Positions 37,501-50,459 of a DNA stretch of 64,000 bases are shown here, one piece after another. A program made the translations under genes and the position numbers. The DNA lies in NCBI RefSeq assembly GCF_037042905.1, contig NC_087245.1:23810001-23874000 (forward strand), in the 5' to 3' direction. Origin of the DNA: Lytechinus pictus. Its lineage: Eukaryota. Under the pieces are notes generated by a model. The model ran no database searches. It saw only the letters and a list, made by a program, of their open reading frames with translations, and was not told where the DNA came from. Position 1 is the stretch's first letter. Each line of letters opens with the position of its first letter.

Positions 37501-38747
37501 GTAGTATTTCGATGAAGAGCACTCCGTCGATTCACCGGTTGTCCCTACCGTACACGCGCGCCTATGGGGATTGTGAACTGTAGGAAAAATCGTACAAAAT
37601 TACACTTTTTGATATTTCTACGAAGACGAAGTTATATAGAAAATGAAGAATATTACAATCAGACCATATCCCTAGAAAATTGCTTCAAGAAATGTCATTA
37701 TGAAGAGGAAATGGACAAAAATTTGTGAAGAAAAATCACGAAAAAGGAAATCGCATCATGAATATTCATATCATGGGCGGTCCCACATTTGCATGTTATA
37801 GCGAGTTTTCCATTATTTAATAAATAATGGCATTATTTAATAAATAATGGCATTATTTAATAAATAATGGCATTATTTAATAAATAATGGCATTATTTAA
37901 TAAATAATGGTTATTTGTATATAAATAATGATTATTTGTATATAATGGCGAACTGTAAAAATTGTTTATAAATAATGATTATTTATAAATAATGGGATAT
38001 TGAAACAAAATTATTATTTATAAATAATGAAGTAGATATTTCATTATTTAACAAATAATCTTTATTTATAAATAATGGAAAACTCGAACATCAAATAATG
38101 ATTATTTATAAATAATGAGAATAATGGTGCACTCGAAAAAATTATTTATAAATAATGAAGTAGACGTTTTCATTATTTAACAAATAATCATTATTTATAA
38201 ATAATGGAAAACTCAACAAATTATTTATAAATAATGAAAAACAAATAATCATTATTTATAAATAATGAAAAACAAATAATCATTATTTATAAATAATGAA
38301 AAACAAATAATCATTATTTATAAATAATGAAAAACAAATAATCATTATTTGTAAATAATGAAAAACAAATAATCATTATTTATAAATAATGAACAACAAA
38401 TAATCATTATTTATAAATAATGAAAAACAAATAATCATTATTTGTAAATAATGAAAAACAAATAATCATTATTTATAAATAATGAAAAACAAATAATCAT
38501 TATTTATAAATAATGAAAAACAAATAATCATTATTTATAAATAATGGAATGTCGAACTATTATTATTTACAAATAATGAAGTATTACTTGGAATTATATA
38601 TAAATAATTAGAAATGATATTTTATATAATAGTAGTTATTTACAAATAAAATGTAAATTATATATAAATAATAGTTATTATTTAATAAATAATGATTATA
38701 TAACAAATAATTGTTCTATATAATATTGGTACATTCGGCGCCTCATA
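34591..38747. mobile_element. 4.16-kb foldback element with ~1.9-kb inverted arms (IS3EU-like termini)
   Basis: TATGAGGCGCCGAATGTACCAATATTA / TAATATTGGTACATTCGGCGCCTCATA; TSD TTTACC at 34585-34590 and 38748-38753. Arms ~34591-36516 and ~36844-38747. No long ORF. Confidence 0.93.
34790..35560. repeat. AT-rich minisatellites in the left arm (~29-bp ttataaataatgattatttgtttttcatt and 20-bp attatttattaaataatgcc); mirrored at ~37810-38545
   Basis: Direct inspection. Confidence 0.9.
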
Positions 38748-38759
38748 TTTACCCTTTAG

Positions 38760-38798
38760 GGTGCACAGAGTCGTTTTCCAGTGACGGATCTTCAACCG
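38760..38798 (+). CDS. Candidate 39-nt exon (GAQSRFPVTDLQP in phase 0)
   Basis: tttaccctttag|G acceptor and CCG|gtaaga donor. Confidence 0.4.
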
Positions 38799-39419
38799 GT
38801 AAGATAATGCAGTCCTAAAGTTCCCTTGATGTGTCATTGTTGATAAATGCATGGTTGTATGATATTGCATGAGTGTGCATTATTGCAAAATAAAAAGAAC
38901 ACGACAGGGTGTTTGAATCCATCAGAAAAAAATGCTCTCACATTTTGAATACTATTGATATTATTATTTTATTCAACATAATCAAACATATGAGATTGAA
39001 CAATGAATTGAAAAATATTGGCTTGTTTAAACCATCATTCAGAATTTTAATCGATGATTGCCCAAGCAATCAATGCTGATCAAGAACATTGAATTGGCAA
39101 GATTGACATTAGCTCCTAAACTCGACATCATTTTGCTGTTTTTGTTCCCACATAACTGTTCAAGCAGTGTCTCTCGATTTACTCCTCCCACTTTCCTATA
39201 TAGTCCGCCATCCCGGCCACCATCCCATTCTGTCCCCTCTCTCCCCCTCACGGTCTTCTCTGTCCCAATCAAGAGACACAATTAATTGTATGATTGATCG
39301 TTACTTTTTTGTTGAGTGTGATTATACTCATCATATCAGCAGTATGATTATAATGTATCTATTATGCTGTGTGGTTGATGTACCCATGCAGTGTTTTTCA
39401 GCAACCTTGGTTTCTTCAT

Positions 39420-39672
39420 GTTTGTTTCTTTCCTTTTCTTTCTTTCTTTCTTTTATTTTTCTTTCTATCTTTTCTTTCTTTCCTTTTTTCTTATTTTTTC
39501 TTTCTTTCTTTTTTTTTCTTTCTTTCTTTCTTAAATTCTTTTTTCTTTCTTTCTTTCTTTCTCAAATTCTTTTCTTTCTCTCTCTCTCTTTCTTTCTTTA
39601 TTTCTCTCTTTCTTTCTGTCTTTCTTTCTTTCTCTCTTTCTTTCTTTCTTTCTGTCTTTCTATCTTTCTTTC
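39420..39672. repeat. (TTTC)n / pyrimidine-rich low-complexity tract
   Basis: Direct inspection. Confidence 0.9.
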
Positions 39673-39810
39673 AACTGATTGTTTTTATTATATCTATTAT
39701 AATCTTCCCAGTGTGGTAGCTTCATGAAAAAAATTGCTTCGATGATTTCGATTTACATTTTTGCCTGATGTTACGTTGGTAACAATGATGGTTTTTACAA
39801 TGTTACTTAA

Positions 39811-40394
39811 AGGAGAATGAAACCCTTGAAACCAGCTGAATCCATATCAAAGAGAAAAATCAAAGAAACATATTGTTGAAAGTTTGAGGAAGATTGAATG
39901 AATAATAAGAAAGTTATGAGCATTTGAATATTGAGATCACTAATGCCATGTAGATCCTCCCATTGGCAATGCGACCAAGATCTGTGATGTCACACACGTA
40001 CAACTCCCTCATTGCTTTAGTACTTATTTCACTTATATTCTCACTTTTATAGAATCTATCACAAGGTGAGGTGTTCTCTTTATGAGAAGACAAGTACAGA
40101 GGTTTCACAACATTATATCATTGACGAATCGTTTGTCATATGATTAGAATGAGCAAAAAGAGATGTTTTGGGGTATATTTTCAGTGTCCAAAAGGGGAGA
40201 GTTGTTCATCTGTGATATCATAGATCTTGGTTGCGTTGCCAATGGGAGGATCTCCATAGCATTAGTGATCTCGACATTCAAATGCTCATAACTCTTCTAT
40301 TGCTAGTCCTATTTTACTCAAACTTTTGTTGATCTTATTCTTTGATTTTTCTGCTTTCACAAAAGCTAACTTGCTCCAAGAGTTTCATTCTCCT
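39811..40394. mobile_element. Kolobok-like palindromic MITE
   Basis: ttaa-AGGAGAATGAAACCCTTG / CAAGAGTTTCATTCTCCT-ttaa with long inverted arms. Degenerate relative near 31820-32240. Confidence 0.85.
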
Positions 40395-40597
40395 TTAAGA
40401 CTTCGTTTACAGGTCAGCTCCCATTTAGTTAGCAAAGCGAATATTGATTTGACAGTGATAATAGATGTACAGTGTGTAAAAAATAAAATAATATAAAATT
40501 TAGAGGACATGAATTATATTACACAGACATTGCATGTGCACTTGCACAATGATGTCGACTTTCCATGTAAGTCGAGTAATCGGCCTATCTTTTAGAC

Positions 40598-40767
40598 CAG
40601 GGGAGCGTTTCATCAACACTTTTCGTCTGACAGGTTGTCACATCTGACAATTTTCCTTGATTTGTATTGGCTTAGAAGCACAGTTACTATGGTAACTAGC
40701 TGTCGGATAAAATGAGACTTATCTGATAAAACGTCTGATAGCCTAAATCCTGCATGAAATGCTTCCC
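40598..40767. mobile_element. Short GGGGAGCG MITE (same family as 40946-41102, opposite orientation)
   Basis: Shared internal sequence and TIR remnants. Confidence 0.65.
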
Positions 40768-40905
40768 TTAACTCATATTATAATCGAGCACAGGTCTCTA
40801 ATACACGAATTTCATTGGTTAAAAATCAAGTTGTGTTTGATTTTTAGGAGTTCCGTTTGATTGCAACCCTTCATGCAATTGGGTCTCTGATCATACACGT
40901 GTTAA

Positions 40906-41710
40906 GGCCACCGCACATCTTACGACTGGTCCACGATCCGAATTCGGGGGAGCGTTTCATGAAAGGACTTGTCAGACGTTTCATCCGACAAGTCCTATTT
41001 TATCCGACAGTTACCATAGTAACATTGCTTATCAGCCAATCAAAATCAAGGAAAGTTGTCAGATCTGACATGTCGGACAAAAATGTTGATGAATCGCTCC
41101 CCAGGGGGATTGCATTTTGTTATTTTTTTCTGAAAAATCAATGTGAATGGAGAGTATATTTATATTTAAGGTTCAAATTAACTGAAAGAATACTAATACA
41201 ACAGTTTTAGATAATTGCAGCCTTTATTTTGGAGTAATAAGGCCATATAGTTTCAAATCGTACGATTGCTATATGACGTCACTACACAGCAAAAACTGCG
41301 GCGTTAACCGGTGCACATAGAGGACCACACCAGTGATTTTACACCGGTGTTAAATTGACAGTGTTAGTTTAGCACCTATAGGTGTTATTGCAACACCTTT
41401 GGCTGTTACATGTACACTCTTTGGTGTTATATTCAATCTCTAGGGTATAATCTTAACACCAGAGGGTGTGGTCCTCTATTAACACCCACTGGTGTTAGTT
41501 TTAACACCAGTTTTTACAGTGTACGACTAGTTATTATATTCGCTTTTATTCTAATTGGGATAATATCATAGTAACAGATTTAAACATAGGCATTCATACG
41601 ATGTATTAATATTTCACAGAAAGATATTCCAAGTATGAATATTAGAATCAAATTCTACTAAGTTTATTCCAAAATCGGGTCGCAGACCAATCGTAAGTTG
41701 TGCGATGGCC
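40906..41710. mobile_element. Harbinger-like MITE (family of 8840-9246) carrying two nested MITEs at ~40946-41102 and 41285-41521
   Basis: Aligns to 8840-9246 once the two inserts are removed. The second insert is CACAG..CAGTG with a TA TSD. Confidence 0.85.
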
Positions 41711-42086
41711 TTTATAGAATTTCTCTTCAAAGTGATTTTTCACAAGTCGTACCGATCTATGTGACCCCAAGATTAGATTTAGGCAAAGTTTCATTTTGCA
41801 TTACAATTTTAATTCGTTAGAATATGACAGAGCACCCCCAGCTTTTCAATGATAGGCTTACCTAATAAGTACTTGTAAATAATGGCATCGTACTTTACTC
41901 AATTAATTGATGTTAAAGACAGCATATTTACTTTTGAAAATGAGAACTTATTCAGTCGTCACCCGAAGCATAGGCAAACTTCACAAATAAAATAAAAATA
42001 GCCTGATCTATAAGGCTGAAAGATAAAACTTGTACTACAAAAGCACTAGACTCCGAACAGCCCTTACAGAGATTGCTTTTCTTGAC

Positions 42087-43340
42087 CAGTGAAGTAAAAT
42101 AACGCGAAATCGTCATTACGGTGTAGCGTTAATTTCGGTGAAAGTTACGTAATCTTCGCACACCGAATTCGCAGAGCGGCAGCATGGTCGAGTGATTTTT
42201 GTAGCCTGTTATTAGTCGTTTTGTGCGTATTTGACACACAAGCTTACACCGTGCGATGATGCACACAGCACCCGCACTCTTGACCGAAGAGCCGACCCAA
42301 CAACTTACACACAAACTAAGGCCTATACCTCGGGTATCTCTCCTTCCATGCACACACCAGTTAGCTCCATGCACACACCAAACCCCATCTCCCCGATATA
42401 CACATGATGCATGTAATGATAAGCATGATAAGAGAGAATTGAGAGGAATTAGGGAAATTGTTCTCTGACCATCGTGATCATTGTGAATGTAGGCCTACAA
42501 AAATGACCACGGGACCACGGGACCATAAGCCAGTACCAAATTATTCACCGTTTCCCCCTTTTCTGCACTTAACAGTCATTATAAAGCCAAAGGAACAATC
42601 AGGGATATTATATGATTCATGCGATATTGGACAAGTCATATAAGTTTTATAATTTCATCATGTTCATCTGTTTTGTAATTGATGATTCTGATCCTTCACT
42701 GTGTCACTGTCAGTGAACTGCATCAAGGACTCATCATTTTTATATAGTTTTTACTGGTTTTTATTGTACATGTCATCTTATGTTCCCGTTGCTATCACCT
42801 CTGAATATTAATACTAACGCAAATAATCTTCAATATCACCATAGAGCTATTATACCCGCTATTATAGCTTTATGATATCACTGTAGTAGTACGACGTTGT
42901 GTCCATATCAGTACACTACGTGTAGAATGAAAGTTCACATATCGGATACAAAAGTTTACGTGAATGACGGCTGTCATGAACGCCTATCAGTCGTTTTATT
43001 CAGCTCGGCAAAACTGATGTACATGTTCTTTTGCTAATTTATAACAAAATGGCACGGTAAAAATCTAATCGGCACGGATAGATCGGATGCTAATAAAGTT
43101 GAAAAACAAAGTATCGTAGTTTGCGGAAATCCTTTTGCTTTGGGACAAATCGCCGGGAAGGGAAAGAAGGGGGAAGAGCTCGTGTAATCGTTCGCTCTCG
43201 CCTGTTTCTCATAGGCTTACGTGCAAATCTATGTGAACCGCTGGCAATGTGCAGCGCTCTCGCTGTTATCGATTCACTGTGGTGACCTCATTTTATTACA
43301 TGTTTGCGTAATGACGATTTCGCGTGATTTTACTACACTG
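42087..43340. mobile_element. Non-autonomous DNA transposon with CAGTG termini and 5-bp TSD
   Basis: CAGTGAAGTAAAATAACGCGAAATCGTCATTACG / CGTAATGACGATTTCGCGTGATTTTACTACACTG, TTGAC on both sides. Confidence 0.85.
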
Positions 43341-44183
43341 TTGACTAACTCATAAGTTTCCATTAATTCAGTTCAATTAAATGTTTAACTCGATTCCAAT
43401 AATCACTTTACCAATTTTACCAAAACTCCGATGGGGGATTTCAGTTAACAACGGGTGGTGTCAGTGATATGAGTTAAAACAAATTTTTAATAAAAAATGA
43501 TACAATTTCTCTTTCATATTCTGGTCATCTATAATCTTAAACGAATGAGCGCTCCAAATTATAATACCTTTATAACCATCTGTATTAAATAAAAAAAATA
43601 TTCATCCTGAATATGATACGTCACGGTTTCACTTAAGGAAAAATTTCATTTTATGTCTGGAATGAAAAAAGTAGAGCACTTTTTAAACAACACCAGTTTT
43701 TAGTTCAATCACCAGGATGTAATTTTAGCACCGACTGGTATCACTCTTTAGACCTCAGTTTTGCAATATTGTCACCTTTTATAATTAAGACTCCATTTCT
43801 CTCTGATTTGCACCATTAATTTTAGTTCGAGGAGTAGCATTTTTTTTGGGACCTATATTAATCTAGGTCCTACTGCGAAACGAAAACTTGTAGGCCTAAT
43901 AACTGCTTTTCGAGTTACTAGTAATAAGGACGCATAACCTCTTGCAAGCTTATTTCATGTGTGTTCAATTTCACATCAGCTTGTTTTTATCCCTTATTGT
44001 GTTTTGTTTTGTTCGTTTTTGTTTTCTCATGATCTGACTATATAAATTTTACTTTACTTTATCACGTGGTAATCAGTCCATTTGTGGTGCTGAGGTTGGA
44101 AATTCCGATCCCCTGGCGGAATAAATCATGAAATCTTTAATAATTTTATGAAACATTATTCACTTTGTTCTTGTTTCATATAG

Positions 44184-44231
44184 AAGCCTGCAGGTGATGT
44201 TAGAGAGCTATGAAGGCAGAGATACGGAACA
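44184..44231 (+). CDS. Candidate exon (SLQVMLESYEGRDTE; alternative acceptor at 44194)
   Basis: ttcttgtttcatatag acceptor, CA|gtaagt donor; only one frame is open. Confidence 0.45.
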
Positions 44232-44763
44232 GTAAGTAGATTGTAATTTTATCAAACCATTTCAACAATAAATTGATTTATATTGGGAATATGTGTGCAC
44301 CATTTATTATTTTTATCATTCACCTTAAAAACCTATTCTAAAGTCGGCTGAAGGAAGGAAGGTATATAAAGGAGGGAAGAAAGAAAGAAAAAGAAGAGAT
44401 AAGTTTGTTTTTTTAAGACAGAAAAGTAATTACTTATAAAAATACCAAGTTCAAAACAATCAGATTTGTTACAGAAATGAGTAGCAAAAACATAAAAGAT
44501 TTTTATAATGAGTTTGGCGGAAACGGATACGAATTTTAAAGAACAGGAAATGACTTCAAGAAAATGTTTCAAGCAGAAACCATGCAATCACCACTATTCG
44601 TTAACTCAGCTCTAAGTCCGTTACACTATGGTTTATCTTTTATTTTTGGAAATATACAGCTAAATTAATTTTTTTAATTAATAGTATATAAGAATTGACA
44701 TTGTTACGCTTATTTATATGTTTAACTTTATGTTGTATTTTTCTTTCTCTCATCGGCCAACAG

Positions 44764-44830
44764 CCTTCTGCAATGGTGGGATAAATCTACGGAGGAGGAA
44801 ACTCGCCCTGAAGCTGAGGAATCATTGTGA
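44764..44830 (+). CDS. Candidate terminal exon ((H)LLQWWDKSTEEETRPEAEESL*)
   Basis: Polypyrimidine tract plus aacag acceptor; phase matches the 44231 donor. Confidence 0.42.
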
Positions 44831-46080
44831 TTATGCCTCAATTCGACAAGTTTATGCCTCAAATCGTTCCCTGGAATAAAAATTATAAAAGAGAATGTCA
44901 TATTGACTACTAATTGTTATCGTAGTCCTGTCAGCATGGTCAGAGACGGAGATTTTTTTTCTTGTATAAGGGGGCAGAAAACACCAGAACAACTTTTTGA
45001 ATTGGAATAAAAATCGATTTAAGCCTTGGATATGCAACTAATAAGTAAAATGCGCAAATATTCCAACTTTTTTCCCTGTAGGGCTTTTTTTTTACATCAT
45101 AGATTCGCCAAAGCGTAATTGCGAATTGCGTGGAAATATGCCCTCCTCCATCTTTGAATTCGCTAAGTGAATTCAAAAACACAAATGAAATAAAATATTA
45201 ATAAAGTTGTGTTTGTTTTTTTGTTAATTTATTTTTACCCGATATACGCTCAGCTTTTTAAGTATTTACTTTTTAATTTTCTGTTAGAAGAAATGTATAC
45301 GAGATATATTAATTTCTTAATCATGCGATGTTTCGACATAATTCCCAATAGATTTCATTAGAAAAAAAAACAAATTTAAGGTAAATGATTTTGTATTTTG
45401 TTTATATTGGTTACGGATACACGAATCAGTCAGTATTCAAACTTTTTTTTAATGAATTCATATTGTTTTATTTGCTATAATATTGATTGACCACAGCTCA
45501 CATTAGGGTGGACCTGGCCTTGAAATCAATCATTAAATCATTGAAATCACGATAAGATTGGAAAGCAGTTTGTTAAATGCTACATTAATTTTGTACATGC
45601 TTAATTATTTCAAGCTTTGCTTTTCCATTTTCAATCAATAAATAGCGTTCGCTTATCAAGTTTGTGCAATAGAATGTTTTTTTTACTCTGTTTGTTAGAA
45701 AATGGAAAGGAAAAATTAATTTCCTAATTAGTTCAAATGCATTGATTGATTGATTTTTGTTATCTATTGGATTGAAAAAAATATATATTTGTATATTAGA
45801 GCAATATATTAATAGAACCAAAGGGGTCTTCTTTATTATAGGAATATCGTCATCATCAACATCATCATCATCATCACCATCATAACCTTTATCACTGTTG
45901 TTGTCGTCATCATTACCGTCATCGTTGTCATGTCATCATCATTTGAATGATTTTATTTTATTTCATTTTCTAATTTCAACTTAAGTACATTCCGTTGGTA
46001 TTCAAAACGTTTGAAAGGAATAGGTGAATTTAGGTGATAGCCTACTAAAATATCAATGAGGACCCCGATGGACCCCCATG

Positions 46081-46265
46081 CAGGGGCCGCGGAACCGGGG
46101 GGGGGGGGGCTGGGGGGGCTTCAGCCCCCCCCCCCCCCCACTTTTTTCCAAAACCGTGTACAAAAACGTAAAAATGACCATATGATTGTGATTTTTAGCA
46201 TGGTCAGCCCCCCCCTCCACTTTTGGCTCAGCCCCCCCACTTTGAAAACCGTTCCGCGGCCCCTG
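46081..46265. mobile_element. CAGGGG MITE with 5-bp TSD
   Basis: CAGGGGCCGCGGAACCG / CGTTCCGCGGCCCCTG, CCATG on both sides. Confidence 0.85.
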
Positions 46266-46816
46266 CCATGGACTCATGTCTTATGGAACACTCTCTCAAT
46301 AACTCATTGACAAATTTTGGCATTGTCTATTCTATGAAGAGGGTAAAATCGAGATTTAAAAAATCATGTTGTGCTTGTAGTCGTGTTAATTTCGTTTGAG
46401 AGCTATGTATGATAATGATAGTAAGCAAAAAACAAACACAAACCCATTCCCTTAACAAACTGTGTTCAAAGAAAAACGATTTTTTTTCTTGAATATAATA
46501 TCATGTATTATATAATAATACATACAGGCCCCGAAACCGGTCCCATAATGGGCCCCATTGCACACTGTTAATTTGTATTTAATTTGTCTGTTTTAATTTA
46601 AAATGAATAAAACTTTTTATAATTTAAAGGTAGATATATTAAACAAACCTGTTTTGTCATTTTGTATCGTCGCTTTAAGTGAATGCATACATGCGTACAT
46701 CATCACACCTAAGACTGAGTTGGCTAAAAAAAAAAAAAGATGCGGAGGTAATATTGTATGGTAAGCCTACAGGATCATACCCACGTGCATTCTGTTCATG
46801 CTTACAAAAAGTATAT

Positions 46817-47148
46817 TAGTAGAGCGGATTAGCCGAACAATTGTGCAAATTATGACTAAAGCATGAAACTTTCACAAGTACTAGTATATGCCGTAAGATT
46901 AATTTTAAAGATGGGAGGTAAATTTATAAATGCCATTTTCGGCCGTTGCCATGGCAACGGATTAATTTCTCAAAAAATAACATACATTCCCATGTAAATG
47001 GTAAATAAACATGATATAGATGACCAAAATGATAAATTCAGGCTCCCAATTGAATACTAATGAAATTTAGAAATATTCAAGATCACCAAGATAGTTCCAA
47101 TTGGTCCGTTGCCATGGCAACGGCTTGTTTTTCCCCAGAAAAATACAA
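46817..47148 (+). mobile_element. Truncated left arm of the 9291-10256 family
   Basis: High similarity to 9291-9620. Confidence 0.85.
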
Positions 47149-47982
47149 ATTTTGATGAAGCTGAAAATTTTAATTAAAGCTGAAAATTTTGATATTTCGA
47201 TCTGAAAAAAAAATTGAGTGTAATTAATGGACGTTTTTTAATAAAGAACAAGATATATATCCAACAAAAGATTATTGCAAATCAAAGTGGGAGTTCTTTT
47301 TGGGCTTAGAACTGAAAACGGGACATTCACCTATTTAATCATGAAAGTATGGGTTTTTGCTACAGAAATGATGCGAGCGCGAAGCGCGAGCTGAAATTTT
47401 TTTATATTCTAATCTTTAAAAGCGGACATTTTGAGCACGATTTTAGATGAAGAACAAGTTGTGTATCTCAATCTCGCTTGCTGATTTCTGTGTAACATTA
47501 CAATCTTATTTTATTTTTTGCACATGCGGAATTATTGGGGGGGGGGGCAAAACGATATGTTTGCCCCCCCCCCCAATATTTTCATTGGTGGGGCGATCGC
47601 CCCCCAGGATCGACGCCTCTGGATGGATACCCATCCTGCTTGATGACCCAATGTGCTTAGATATGTCAACATTTTAGGTCAAAAATTCTCCTGCCTTGTT
47701 AGATACTGTTTGTAAGAAAAATTAAGATGTACTTAAAACTACAGACTTTAGTGTAGAATACCCCGGCCATACACAAAAATATAAACAACAACTTTTAAAT
47801 TATTCGGGTGAAAATATTTTTACGCCCCCCGGCCCCTAAATCTTTATGCTTCCGCCGCCAATGCAGCTAGAGAACGCCGGCCGTGACCAGGGGCATTTTT
47901 TTTAAGAAAAAAAATTGGCACTTACACGACTTGGTATCACCTAATATAAATCGGGTCCTTTTCCAATGAAAGGGGCACAGTA

Positions 47983-48593
47983 CCGTATGGGTACTAGTAT
48001 TCAACCCGGCATAATTCAAAGATTTTGACATATTCCCCAAAATATTTAGAAATAGGGAATTTATCTTAATTTCATACCATTGTTATTTCCAGGGTAATCT
48101 GTTGTCGATATTTTCTTTGTCAATCTGTCGACTGTATGCGCGGAGGATCGAATTATGCGGCGATGGCCTTTTGCACTGAATGGTACTAGTATTCAACCTA
48201 GTGAGGATGGACAGCAAATCTCAAAAGGGTTTAGATTGCTAAATTAGATCTAGATCTATGTAAGTCTCTGGCTTTGATTAATTCCCTGTTTGGTCTCATC
48301 TCAAATGGTCTAGTCCATAGTCGGATGGGACAAGGGCAGATTGAGAGACAGGACCATCTTTCATCGCTAGGTTGAATACTAGTACCGACGGGTTGAATAC
48401 TAGTACCAAAATCCGTCGCCGTATAATTCGATCGCCCGCGCACACAGTCAACTGGTTGAAGAAAAAAATAACGGAAAAAGAATAACCAGCATTTGCTCTT
48501 GGAAATAAGACGGGTCTGAAATTCAGGTAAATTCTATATTTCTATATATTTGAGGAAACTCTCCAAACGGGTTGAATACTAGTGCCCTTACGG
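47983..48593. mobile_element. Tc1/mariner/pogo-type MITE
   Basis: ta-CCGTATGGGTACTAGTATTCAACCCG / CGGGTTGAATACTAGTGCCCTTACGG-ta, with internal GTACTAGTATTCAACC repeats. Confidence 0.85.
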
Positions 48594-50014
48594 TACACGT
48601 TCGTGAGGGGGTATGTATTTATTGCGTAAAAAGGGCACTTTTTCAGTGCTTCAATAAGTGGGGGCACTGCACGTCCCCCCCCCCCCCGGATCGCCGCCCC
48701 TGACAATGTGTTCTCGTTCAGTGATCGAAATTCAGTGAAGTTCAGTGAAATTCAAGAATTCCATATGCAACCTCCTCTGCATGTTGCATGGAGAAATTGC
48801 GGCCGTACCGGTATGCAAAAATCGCTGGATCAAAGACTAACTCGGTTTTGCGTGGAAACGGTAAACAATGGGACGAAAATATCAGTTTCTTCGAAACGCA
48901 ACATAAAAAGATGTGGATTTGATACAGAATTAGCTAATAAGGGTATGTATTACAATTTGATAGATAGTTGTTGTTGAAACACAGTTAAAATTTTCATATT
49001 TTGTTCAGAATCGATTAGTGCCATTTCAAAACTGCACAAACTGCAGTCCCAGCCTATTGAAATTCGTGTGAGTGAATCGATCGAATACTATAGACAGCTG
49101 AGCTGAGCGAACTTGCCGCATACTCTACCCCTCCACGCCACGTCCACTAACCCAGAAAGCTCCGGCCCGCGAAGCGGGCCGTAGCCCAGAAGCTCACCGT
49201 GCATTTACTCATACTCACGGGACTAGGCCAGGGTAGATTGTGGTCACAATAACAATAAGTTAAGTTTTAATAAAATAATAAGGAAACAAAATTGTGAAAA
49301 CAGAAATTATGCACTTACCACGAAAATGGCACGATTATTATTATAATGGATGAAGGTCTAGCCGCTAGCTAGGCCCTATTGACTATTGTGGCAGTATCCT
49401 GACATCGAGGGCCTCGAGGCACAGACTGGAACCTCAAAAAAACGAAAAGTTCTGTCGCGGTAAAACTAAAAGTTAGCTCTTCTTCTTTCAAATTTCAGAA
49501 TTCATAGCAAAATGGCCGATCGAGACCGGGCGGTACCGAGGGTGTAGGGCGCATGCGGAATTTGACCAAGTCTATATCTATGCGCTATACCTCGGGCGAT
49601 GTTCGTGCAGGCTCCACTTCACTACAGCTACACTACGCTCCACCTACCCGAACATCGGGACCGTGAACCATTTCGGATATACCGAGTCACAAAGGTGGGA
49701 TTGCAATCATGATAATCGTTACGTTAGACCAAAAGCTTCAGTCTCTGTAATTGTATTTTGGTTGTTACGCTGAACTGCTTTGGCTCACTCACCAATACAT
49801 AAACTGAAGAGCTTGGAGGCCCGTACGTACAGACAACGTATTAGCAGTAACATTAGATCTAACATTCGGCGGAAAATCGATTTATTGATCTTTTTTTTTT
49901 TACATAAAATGTCACATTATGAATAAGAAATCACATCCATATTAACGAAAAAATGTTTCAAATTAAGAAATATCGTACCTTAGACCGCAGTTACCGCTAA
50001 TTCCTTTCAAATGA

Positions 50015-50459
50015 CAGTAGAGGCGCACGGCCAATATGGGAGACTCTCCAATAGGGGAGACAATCCAATAGGGGAGACAATCTCCCACATTGGAGACTTG
50101 CTTTGCAAAAGGACAAAAGAAACAACACCAATATTAAAAGCATGATTTTTTCCACCCAAAATTTTGTCTCACTGAGGTCAGAAGCCCATTTGTTTTGTGT
50201 GTGATTGACAACAAAAATCCTTATCAAAACAAAAGTAGACGGTGAAAGGGGGTAATTTTTCATGAGGAATCTGCTTATCACATTTTTATTTGCCACCAAG
50301 GTAATCCTTTTGCAGCAAATGTAAACAAAGGAAATTGGTCTCCAAAACTGGAGACTGTCTATGAAATTGGATACCCAAATTCTTTACAAAAGTCTCTGAT
50401 ATTGGAGATAATCTCCCACATTGGAGACAGTCTTCAATATTGGCTGTGCGCCTCTACTG
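50015..50459. mobile_element. CAGTAG MITE with 5-bp TSD
   Basis: CAGTAGAGGCGCACGGCCAATA / TATTGGCTGTGCGCCTCTACTG, AATGA on both sides, subterminal GGAGAC repeats. Confidence 0.85.

Noticed and set aside
39167..39727. 186-aa F/L/S-rich ORF (similar cases at 54673-55020 and 28476-28685)
   Set aside because: Translations of microsatellites.
42087..43340. Transib/RAG-like element with RSS-type ends
   Set aside because: The 5-bp TSD fits, but the termini are CAGTG rather than CAC(A/T)(A/G)TG, and no nonamer or RAG-like ORF is evident.
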